The notes under the pieces: model-generated
Seen by the model: only the letters and a program-made list of their open reading frames with translations
Told to the model about the DNA's origin: nothing
Database searches by the model: none
Assembly: GCA_964406145.1 (NCBI GenBank)
Contig: CAYOQP010000004.1
Location: 1,924-65,923, forward strand
From: an uncultured Candidatus Saccharibacteria bacterium
Lineage (GTDB): Bacteria; Patescibacteriota; UBA1384; XYA2-FULL-43-10; 1-14-0-10-43-13
Direction: 5' to 3'
DNA: 64,000 bases
Position numbers and translations under genes: made by a program
Part shown: positions 53,295 to 61,157 of the stretch, piece by piece
Position numbering within the stretch: position 1 is the first letter of the stretch
Layout: each line of letters opens with the position of its first letter

Positions 53295-55556
53295 ATGAAA
53301 ATATCTAAAAGTTGGCTTAAAAGTTACATTGTCCCAAATCTTTCTGATGAAGAAATTGCGGACAAACTTTCTCTTTCTGGCACATCCGTCGAGGCAATAG
53401 AAAAGGGGATTGATCCAGGAGTGATTGTTGTCGAGATCAGAAATATTATACCCCACCCTCAGGCTGATAGATTGCGTCTCGCTACTGTTTTCGATGGGAC
53501 GGAAGAGCTTACTGTGGTATGCGGCGCGCCAAATATTGAAGTCGGACAAAAAGTGCCGTTAGCAAAGATTGGCACCAATTTACCTGCTGGAAAAATAGAG
53601 AAAGCCGTTATTCGTGGTGTTGAGTCGTGCGGAATGTTGTGTGCTCCAGATGAGCTTGGTCTTGGAGAGGATCACAGTGGAATTTTTATTTTGCCAGAAG
53701 ACTACGTGGCTGGTTTGCCACTAAGTGAACAATTGAAAAGTGATACTATCTTCGACATTGAAATAACACCAAATCGAGGCGATTGCCTGTCTCATATTGG
53801 TATCGCTCGAGAGCTTTCTGCTCTAGTCGGCAAAACAATAAAAAAAGAGCCGATTTCCCTAGATTCAATTTCAGAAAAGGTCAGTTCTAAATTAGAAGTT
53901 GAAATAAAAGACGCTAAACTTTGTTCTCAGTATCAAGCTAGAATGATTGAGGGCGTTACCGTTGCTGAGTCTCCGGAGTGGCTTAAGCAGAAGCTCATAA
54001 GTATTGGTTCCAAACCAATAAACAATATTGTTGATGTCACAAACTATATTATGTTTGATCTTGGACAGCCCCTCCATGCTTTTGATTACGACAAAATTTC
54101 TGGACGCAAGATTGTCGTTAGAACTGCGCAAAAGAATGAGCAAATAGTGACTCTGGATGGAATTACAAGAAAACTTGAGAATAATCACCTTGTGATCGCT
54201 GATAAGGACAAACCAGTTGCTGTCGCAGGAATAATGGGCGGAATTAATTCTGAGATATCAAATAAAACCAAAAATATCGTTTTGGAGTCTGCGGAATTTC
54301 TGAAATCAGCAATTTACCGATGCTCTAAAGATCTTGGACTTTCGACTGACGCTAGCTATCGTTTCGAGAGGGGAATTGATTCTGCAACGGTAGAATATGC
54401 ATTGAACAAAGCCGCAAAAATGATTGCCGACTTAAGCGGCGGCAAAATATTGACTGGTATTGTTAGAGAAGTTTCTAAAAATGAAAGTATTCACATAAGA
54501 CTTGAAGAGGCCAAAATTAATGAAATTTTGGGCACAAAGCTGTCACGGGATGAAATGATTCACATTCTCAAATTGCTCGGTTTTGAAATTAAAGAAGACC
54601 TGTGTCTTGTTCCATCGTGGCGTCATGATATTAATATTTGGCAAGATCTAGCAGAAGAAATAGGCCGAATTTATGGCTATGGCAAAATCGAACCAGTTAA
54701 TGTCCCGGTATCAAACAAATCAAAAAACTCTAGTTATCACTTTTCTGAATATCTCAAGGATATTCTTGTGGAGTGTGGATTTACGGAAACCCTAAACTAT
54801 GCTTTTCTTTCTGAAGAAGATGCCAAAATGGCTTCACTCAAAGTTAGTAGCTTAATAGAAGTAGCAAATCCAATCCAAGCCGAAAATAAATATTTGCGTA
54901 ATTCGCTGATTCCCAACCTGCTTAAATGCGTGGCCAAGAATCCAGCTTCTGATCAGATATTTTTGTTTGAAATCGGACATGTCTACACTAAAGATGCAGA
55001 AACTAAGATGCTTTCCATTGTCACGGCTGGAAAAGATGCTAGAAAACAAATTGAATTTGCAACTCAGTTATTGGCCGATAAGGCTGGAATATCGTTAAAA
55101 TTAATGCAAATTACAGAAATACCTCGCGACGAACTTAGTCGTTTCAAAATAAAAAAACCATTAACTTATGTTGTGGAAATTGCTCTGGATAAATTCGAAA
55201 AAATTTATCTTGCTAAGAAAGATATTAGTCTTAAAATCTCAAATAAGATTGTTCATTATCGTCCAATATCTAAATATCCGTCCCTAACAAGAGATGTGGC
55301 TTTTATTGTCGATAAAAAAACAGATCCCGACAAATTAAAAGAGATAATTTATTCCGTTTCGGATTCAATAAATCGCGTAGAACTCTTTGATGAGTTCTCT
55401 TCTGATAAATTTGGCAAGGGCAAGAAGAATATCGCTTATCATCTCTTTATTTCCAGACTTGATCGTACCATGACAGATCAGGAGGCCGATCAAATAATGA
55501 AAGAAATTTCTAAAATAGCAAAGATAAACTTTGGTGCAGAATTAAGACAATTTTAA
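53295..55556 (+). CDS. pheT: phenylalanine--tRNA ligase beta subunit
   Basis: N-terminal tRNA-binding (OB) domain, B3/B4 and B5 domains, C-terminal FDX-ACB-like domain. 753 aa. Confidence 0.9.
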   Translation: MKISKSWLKSYIVPNLSDEEIADKLSLSGTSVEAIEKGIDPGVIVVEIRNIIPHPQADRLRLATVFDGTEELTVVCGAPNIEVGQKVPLAKIGTNLPAGKIEKAVIRGVESCGMLCAPDELGLGEDHSGIFILPEDYVAGLPLSEQLKSDTIFDIEITPNRGDCLSHIGIARELSALVGKTIKKEPISLDSISEKVSSKLEVEIKDAKLCSQYQARMIEGVTVAESPEWLKQKLISIGSKPINNIVDVTNYIMFDLGQPLHAFDYDKISGRKIVVRTAQKNEQIVTLDGITRKLENNHLVIADKDKPVAVAGIMGGINSEISNKTKNIVLESAEFLKSAIYRCSKDLGLSTDASYRFERGIDSATVEYALNKAAKMIADLSGGKILTGIVREVSKNESIHIRLEEAKINEILGTKLSRDEMIHILKLLGFEIKEDLCLVPSWRHDINIWQDLAEEIGRIYGYGKIEPVNVPVSNKSKNSSYHFSEYLKDILVECGFTETLNYAFLSEEDAKMASLKVSSLIEVANPIQAENKYLRNSLIPNLLKCVAKNPASDQIFLFEIGHVYTKDAETKMLSIVTAGKDARKQIEFATQLLADKAGISLKLMQITEIPRDELSRFKIKKPLTYVVEIALDKFEKIYLAKKDISLKISNKIVHYRPISKYPSLTRDVAFIVDKKTDPDKLKEIIYSVSDSINRVELFDEFSSDKFGKGKKNIAYHLFISRLDRTMTDQEADQIMKEISKIAKINFGAELRQF

Positions 55557-55564
55557 GGATTAAA

Positions 55565-56998
55565 ATGAAAAGAACATTTATCGCTGAAACGGTATCACAA
55601 ATCGGTGCCGAACTAACTGTTAAGGGTTGGGTCAACACTAGACGTGATCATGGAAAGATTATTTTCCTGGATCTTAGAGATATGACCGGGATCTTACAGG
55701 TTGTACTGGTGCCTGGCAGTAAGGCATACGAGAAGGTGTCTGACATTCGTCCAGAATGGGTTATATCAATTACTGGATTAATTAATCAAAGACCGGCAAA
55801 ATTGGTTAATGACAAAATGATTACAGGTACAATTGAGATGGAAGCCATTGATCTCGATATTTTAAGTCAGGCCAAAACCCCACCATTTGAGATAGATAAG
55901 AATACGATGGGTATCGACGAAGAATTAAGACTTAAATATCGCTATCTTGATCTTCGAAGTGAGAGAATGGCTAAAAACATCACACTTCGTCACAATCTTG
56001 TTAAGAATATGCGCGAAAAAATGTACAAAGAAAATTTTCGAGAAATCGAAACTCCATTTTTAACCAAATCAACTCCGGAAGGAGCTAGAGAATTTGTCGT
56101 ACCCGCAAGAATTTATCCTGGCGAGTTTTATGTCCTTCCGCAAAGTCCACAACAGTTCAAGCAATTACTGATGGTTGGCGGCATTGAACGATATTTTCAG
56201 ATTGCTCGTTGCTTTAGAGATGAGGATCAAAGAGGGGATAGGCAACCAGAGTTTACCCAGCTTGATGTAGAGATGAGTTTTATTGAACAAGAGGATATCT
56301 GGGAACTAATAGAGCCAATGTTGATTGAAACTGTTGAAAAACTTCTGCCAGAAGCAAAAATAACACAGAAACCGTTCCCGAAGATGACTTATGCTGAAGC
56401 CATGGAAAAATATGGTAGTGATAAGCCTGATTTGCGCAAAGACAAAAATGACAAATCCGAGTTGGCTTTCTGTTGGATAGTTGATGCACCGCTTTTTAAA
56501 TATTCAAAAACTGACAAGAAATTAGTTTCAAGTCATCATCCGTTCACAATGCCTCAAGAGCAAGATCTGCATTTACTTGATACTGAGCCAGAAAAAGTTA
56601 GGGCATATGCCTACGATATTGTTTTGAATGGTTTTGAAATCGGTGGTGGCTCAATCAGAATTCATAAGCGTGATATTCAAAACAAGATTTTTGATCTATT
56701 GGGTGTCTCCGAAGAAGAAAAGAAACGACGTTTTGGCCACATGCTAGATGCATTCGAATTTGGAGCTCCTCCTCATGGCGGAATTGCTCTGGGAATTGAT
56801 AGAATATCAGCGATTTTCGCTGGCGAAGATGCAATTCGTGAGGTTATGGCTTTTCTAAAAACCGGTGATGCTAGAGATGTAATGATGGGTGCGCCAAGCC
56901 AAGTTTCAGAACAACAGCTCAAAGACGTTCATATTTCATTAAGAAAAGAAGCTGAAGGCAAGGAATTAAAGGGCGCCGACACAGTTATTGGCGACTAA
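55565..56998 (+). CDS. aspS: aspartate--tRNA ligase (bacterial-type core lacking the GAD insertion domain)
   Basis: OB-fold N-terminus, motif 2 FQIARCFRDEDQRGDRQPEFTQLDVEMSF, motif 3 GGIALGIDR. Only ~10 aa lie between DKPDLR and the HHPF block, where bacterial AspRS carries the GAD domain. Confidence 0.85.
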   Translation: MKRTFIAETVSQIGAELTVKGWVNTRRDHGKIIFLDLRDMTGILQVVLVPGSKAYEKVSDIRPEWVISITGLINQRPAKLVNDKMITGTIEMEAIDLDILSQAKTPPFEIDKNTMGIDEELRLKYRYLDLRSERMAKNITLRHNLVKNMREKMYKENFREIETPFLTKSTPEGAREFVVPARIYPGEFYVLPQSPQQFKQLLMVGGIERYFQIARCFRDEDQRGDRQPEFTQLDVEMSFIEQEDIWELIEPMLIETVEKLLPEAKITQKPFPKMTYAEAMEKYGSDKPDLRKDKNDKSELAFCWIVDAPLFKYSKTDKKLVSSHHPFTMPQEQDLHLLDTEPEKVRAYAYDIVLNGFEIGGGSIRIHKRDIQNKIFDLLGVSEEEKKRRFGHMLDAFEFGAPPHGGIALGIDRISAIFAGEDAIREVMAFLKTGDARDVMMGAPSQVSEQQLKDVHISLRKEAEGKELKGADTVIGD

Positions 56999-56999
56999 G

Positions 57000-57290
57000 A
57001 TGAACGACAAGATTCAAATAGAAAAAATCGAAGCTAAAATTACCGAGATTGAGAAGCGTAATTCTAGAGTTGAACTAGATAAGGCATGGGAAACCAGTCT
57101 TGCAAGAAAAATTCTAGTCTCTTCTGTTACGTATGTTCTCATAGGGGTATATATGCTCTGGTTGGGCGTCAAAAGTCCCTGGCTTAATGCCTTAATTCCT
57201 ACTGTCGGTTTTATTTTGTCCACTCTTACTCTGGCAAAAATTAAGGATCTTTGGTTGAAAAAGCAGGGGAAAATCGTAGATGAACATTAG
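57000..57290 (+). CDS. hypothetical small membrane protein (2 TM)
   Basis: ATG at 57000 immediately after the aspS TAA. Coiled N-terminus and two hydrophobic helices. Confidence 0.4.
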   Translation: MNDKIQIEKIEAKITEIEKRNSRVELDKAWETSLARKILVSSVTYVLIGVYMLWLGVKSPWLNALIPTVGFILSTLTLAKIKDLWLKKQGKIVDEH

Positions 57291-57996
57291 ACTAAATAAA
57301 TTTATTGCCGACTCGGGCGTTTGTTCTAGGCGTGCCGCCGATGTTTTGATTAAATCGGGCAAAGTTAAGCTTAATGGAGAAACAATTATAGAGCTGGGAA
57401 TTAAAGTAGATTCCAAAGAAGATTGTGTTGAAATTGATGGCAAAACAATATTTGCCGCTGATTCCTTTGTTTATTACGCATTAAACAAACCAAAAGGCTT
57501 TATATCTACCTCAGAGTGCGAACCGGGACAAAAAAAGATAGTGGATCTCGTGCCCGTTTCGCCGAGAGTTTTTTCTGTTGGTCGGCTTGATAAAGATTCA
57601 GAGGGTTTAATTATCCTTACTAATGACGGCGATCTGACCAAACAATTAACTCATCCTAGTTTCGAGCATGAAAAGGAGTATGAGGTTAGAGTCGTTGCGC
57701 CCGCCGACAATACTGTAAATGAGGCTATAATCAGAGATCGTTTTATCGGCGGCATAAATATAGACGGAAAAGTTATGAAGGTGGATCAAGTTAATAACTT
57801 CTTTCAAAACGGCAGAAGCATGAATTTTAGATTAGTTTTGCACACCGGCTACAATCGACAGATACGCAAAATGTGTGCTAAAATGAATCTAGAAGTGACT
57901 AAATTAACTAGAACAAGAATCGGTAAACTAAAATTGTCAGATCTCGGAATTAAGTCTGGCGAATATAAAGTTTTTGACCGATCGGCAATTTTATGA
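57280..57996 (+). CDS. pseudouridine synthase, RsuA/RluB family (S4 domain + catalytic domain)
   Basis: S4-like MNIRLNKFIADSGVCSRRAADVLIKSGKVKLNGE. Catalytic VGRLDKDSEGLIILTNDGDL with Asp. Confidence 0.85.
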   Translation: MNIRLNKFIADSGVCSRRAADVLIKSGKVKLNGETIIELGIKVDSKEDCVEIDGKTIFAADSFVYYALNKPKGFISTSECEPGQKKIVDLVPVSPRVFSVGRLDKDSEGLIILTNDGDLTKQLTHPSFEHEKEYEVRVVAPADNTVNEAIIRDRFIGGINIDGKVMKVDQVNNFFQNGRSMNFRLVLHTGYNRQIRKMCAKMNLEVTKLTRTRIGKLKLSDLGIKSGEYKVFDRSAIL

Positions 57997-58949
57997 CAAA
58001 GTTAATTCTTATTTGTTCAATTTTACTAAATACTTTTGGTTTTTCTGGCCAATCTGCAAATATTGACAAGAATATTGTTAGTAACGTCGCCGGAAATCAA
58101 CAACAAGTATCGGCCTCTGACTCCGATTTTGTTTTGCCGGAAATATCCTCTTACCCAATTGTCGATCAGGACTCTGCTCAAGCTTTAATTTATGCAAAAA
58201 ATTATATTTTAATTGACGGAGTTTCTGGAGCGACACTAAAAGAAAAACAGTCAGATGTACAAGTGCCCATTGCTTCGACAACGAAAATAATGACTGCAGT
58301 TGTTGCTCTGGAGAATTATAATCTCGACGATGTTGTCACAATCTCTCCCGAAGCCGCGAATCAGATTGGTGCAACGGCCAATTTACGAATCGGGGAAAAA
58401 ATGACAGTTCTAAACTTACTCAAATGTATGTTAATCAAATCCGCAAATGGAGCTGCCGACGCTTTGGCAGAAAACATGAATATTTCTGGTGAAACTGGTT
58501 ATTCTAAGTTTGTTAATGAAATGAATAAAAAGGCAAAAAGTCTTGGCATGATGAACACAAAATATAACGATCCTGCTGGCCTTGACGTAACTGGCTACTC
58601 GTCTGCCTATGACTTGGCTATAATCACCAAATATGCTCTAAGAAACGAAACATTCGCCTCAATTGTCATCACTAAAACGGAGTCGGTTAAGGATGTAACT
58701 GGAAATATCTGGCATCTTTTGGAAAACTCCAATAGATTGGTTCGTGAATGGGACTATCCTGGTGCAATCGGTGTTAAAACTGGCTACATGCCAGAAGCAG
58801 GTCATTGTCTCGTTGGTGCTGCCAGAAGGGATGAACACATCTTGATTGCGGTTATTCTCAACACAAATGCAGACACTCCGAGCGCTTCAGCCGAAGAGGC
58901 GAGAAAAATTCTTGATTGGGGTTTTGGGAATGTGACTTGGGTCGATTGA
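57993..58949 (+). CDS. D-alanyl-D-alanine carboxypeptidase (peptidase S11, PBP5/6-like)
   Basis: SxxK (ASTTK), SxN (KSANG), KTG (VKTGYM). N-terminal signal/anchor. Confidence 0.8.
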   Translation: MTKLILICSILLNTFGFSGQSANIDKNIVSNVAGNQQQVSASDSDFVLPEISSYPIVDQDSAQALIYAKNYILIDGVSGATLKEKQSDVQVPIASTTKIMTAVVALENYNLDDVVTISPEAANQIGATANLRIGEKMTVLNLLKCMLIKSANGAADALAENMNISGETGYSKFVNEMNKKAKSLGMMNTKYNDPAGLDVTGYSSAYDLAIITKYALRNETFASIVITKTESVKDVTGNIWHLLENSNRLVREWDYPGAIGVKTGYMPEAGHCLVGAARRDEHILIAVILNTNADTPSASAEEARKILDWGFGNVTWVD

Positions 58950-59013
58950 CATTAATATAAATTATGATATAGTAATCACAATCCTGAAACTCTGGGCATG
59001 AAAGGTGGTTACC

Positions 59014-59367
59014 ATGAAGCGTATCGCTGTGCCGGCAGTATTTCTGTCGGTTTTGTTTTTCCTGCTGGTCGGTCTTCTTGTCCGATCAATGAATGTTTCG
59101 GCAAAAACGCTGAAGCTGGCTGAAGACCAGCAAGTTCTCATTAGGGCACAAGCCCAAACCATCAAGTTGTTGAAGAAAGACAATGAAAGATGGTCGGAAA
59201 ATCTTCTCGAATCGCAGCAGAAGCTCTCCGAAGTGATTGACATGCAGTCGGGCGTGATTCGCTCGCTTAATCGTGACATCACTCGGACAAGACGCGAAAA
59301 CCTTGAGCTCAATAAGCGGCTCTCGCTGCTTTCTCGAGATCAGAAAGGTGAAGTTGCGCACCAATGA
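59014..59367 (+). CDS. GC-rich hypothetical membrane-anchored coiled-coil protein
   Basis: AAAGGTGG RBS 6 nt before the ATG at 59014. TM helix IAVPAVFLSVLFFLLVGLLV, then a heptad-rich coiled coil. Codons are GC-rich (CTG/CCG/GTC), unlike the neighbouring genes. Confidence 0.5.
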   Translation: MKRIAVPAVFLSVLFFLLVGLLVRSMNVSAKTLKLAEDQQVLIRAQAQTIKLLKKDNERWSENLLESQQKLSEVIDMQSGVIRSLNRDITRTRRENLELNKRLSLLSRDQKGEVAHQ

Positions 59368-59396
59368 GTAATCAGAGTTCTGTCGAAAATCCAAAA

Positions 59397-59437
59397 CGCC
59401 CACAAAACTATAAGAGTAATGTGGGCGTTGTCATTTT
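59397..59437. terminator. bidirectional Rho-independent terminator between the GC-rich ORF (+) and rnc (-)
   Basis: CGCCCACA-15 nt loop-TGTGGGCG followed by TTGTCATTTTG. On the minus strand an A-tract precedes and a T-tract follows. Confidence 0.6.
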
Positions 59438-59448
59438 GAATAGAAAAT

Positions 59449-60144
59449 TTAGATAGTTGTTTTTATCTCTTCCCAATTTTCAAGCGCTTTTTGAGCTGCG
59501 TTTGATTGAGCCTTTTGTTTTGATGGTCCCTCGCCAACCGAGACTTCCTTATTGCCAATATGTGCAGAAACCGTAAAAACCTTTGCATGATCTGGTCCGA
59601 TTTCGCTTTTTACGAAATATGTTGGAGTGATGCCAAATTGTTCCTGAGCCATTTCTTGGAATTTACTTTTAGCATCATATTGGAGTCCCATCTTCAAAAT
59701 ATTATCAAGTTTATAGCAAATATTTTTCATAACAAAATCAAAAGCAACTTCAAATCCAAGATCTAAATAAATTGCACCGATTAGTGCTTCAAAGGCATTG
59801 GCAAGAATAATATCTCGAGCTTTGCCGACATTCTTAGCTTCGCCACGAGAAGTCTTGATATAGGGATCCATGCCCAATCTCTTGGCTTCTTCGGAAAGAG
59901 ATTCACCTTTTACTAGGGCGCTACGCCAGTTGGTTAGTTCACCTTCTGGCTTGTTAAATGTTTCATATAAAAACTTTGTTGCCGCTAATTCCAAAACAGC
60001 GTCACCCAAAAATTCCAGCCTTTCGTTGTGTTCAAGATTGGATTCTTTGTGCTCATTGAGATACGATCTGTGAATAAATACTCTCTCTAGTAGTGATCTA
60101 TCCTTAAATTGAATCCCAATTTTCTTTTCAAAATCTTCCAACAT
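59449..60144 (-). CDS. rnc: ribonuclease III
   Basis: RNase III signature ERLEFLGDAVLELA plus a C-terminal dsRBD. Confidence 0.93.
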   Translation of the reverse strand: MLEDFEKKIGIQFKDRSLLERVFIHRSYLNEHKESNLEHNERLEFLGDAVLELAATKFLYETFNKPEGELTNWRSALVKGESLSEEAKRLGMDPYIKTSRGEAKNVGKARDIILANAFEALIGAIYLDLGFEVAFDFVMKNICYKLDNILKMGLQYDAKSKFQEMAQEQFGITPTYFVKSEIGPDHAKVFTVSAHIGNKEVSVGEGPSKQKAQSNAAQKALENWEEIKTTI

Positions 60145-60599
60145 TAGTTCCCTTCGTTATTCTTTATCGTCTCAGCATCTCTGTCGGAGATGATTTGTTT
60201 TTCTAATTTCTTATAAACCGTACCAAGAACCCCATTAACAAACTTTGAAGAATTATCGCCCCCAAATTGTTTAGAAAGTTCAACGGCTTCATTTATAACA
60301 ACCTTTGGGGGAACATCCTTTAGATTCAAGAGTTCAAATATAGCAATTCGCAAAACGGTTTTATCTATCAATGAAATCTGATCGATTGGCCATTCTGGCG
60401 CTGAGTCGTCAACTATTTTATCAAGATTAGTTTTATCTTCTGATACGCCATTAACTATTTGATCAACAAAGTCTTTTTCGCATTTACCTTCGTATTCTTC
60501 AATATTCCGATTCATTATCTCGGAAAGATCTGAGTCATCTCGAAAATCCCACTCATACAGAGTCTGCATTGCAATCATTCTAGACAAATGGCGATTCAT
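60144..60599 (-). CDS. nusB: transcription antitermination factor NusB
   Basis: [17 protein letters not shown]...[12 protein letters not shown]...[30 protein letters not shown] matches the conserved NusB blocks. Confidence 0.8.
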   Translation of the reverse strand: MNRHLSRMIAMQTLYEWDFRDDSDLSEIMNRNIEEYEGKCEKDFVDQIVNGVSEDKTNLDKIVDDSAPEWPIDQISLIDKTVLRIAIFELLNLKDVPPKVVINEAVELSKQFGGDNSSKFVNGVLGTVYKKLEKQIISDRDAETIKNNEGN

Positions 60600-60617
60600 T
60601 TTTCCCTCGAGAAGAAA

Positions 60618-60800
60618 TTATTTTTCGTTTGTTTTAATTACGGTCTCTTTTTTATAAGTGCCGCAATTATAGCAAACTTTGTGGGGCTCTTTAGCTTCGT
60701 GGCATTGTTCACAAAAAGAAAGAGATAAGTGCTTAATCTTATCATGCATTCTTCTCATTCCCTGCTTAGAGTTATTTAACCTTTGTTTTGGTTCGGCCAT
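60618..60800 (-). CDS. rpmF: 50S ribosomal protein L32 (zinc-ribbon form)
   Basis: MAEPKQRLNNSKQGMRRMHDKI...CEQC...CYNCGTYK. Confidence 0.85.
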   Translation of the reverse strand: MAEPKQRLNNSKQGMRRMHDKIKHLSLSFCEQCHEAKEPHKVCYNCGTYKKETVIKTNEK

Positions 60801-61157
60801 GATATCCTTAGAGTTTATTTACTTTTGATATTATTGCACAAATTATGATATAAATCAAGTTTTGACTTGAACTCGGATTGAGCGTATAAGATGATTACTG
60901 GGGGGCAGAATATGAACTGCATTGAGTTCACTCGTGCTCTTGTGGCTCTAATCATAAGTCGTGGTGGTTATACCGAGCAAATGATTAACCACGCAGTCGA
61001 TTGCGAGGAGTGTCGCAGAAGTGTTTATGAAGAACACAAACACCAACTCATTCTTCGCACAACGACACAGAAACCAATCGAAATGGTCTTCATTGACTAT
61101 GTTTGGGCCGTAAGGCAAAAAATCAAGTAGGGCGTCGCTTCGCACGTAAGTGGCGCT

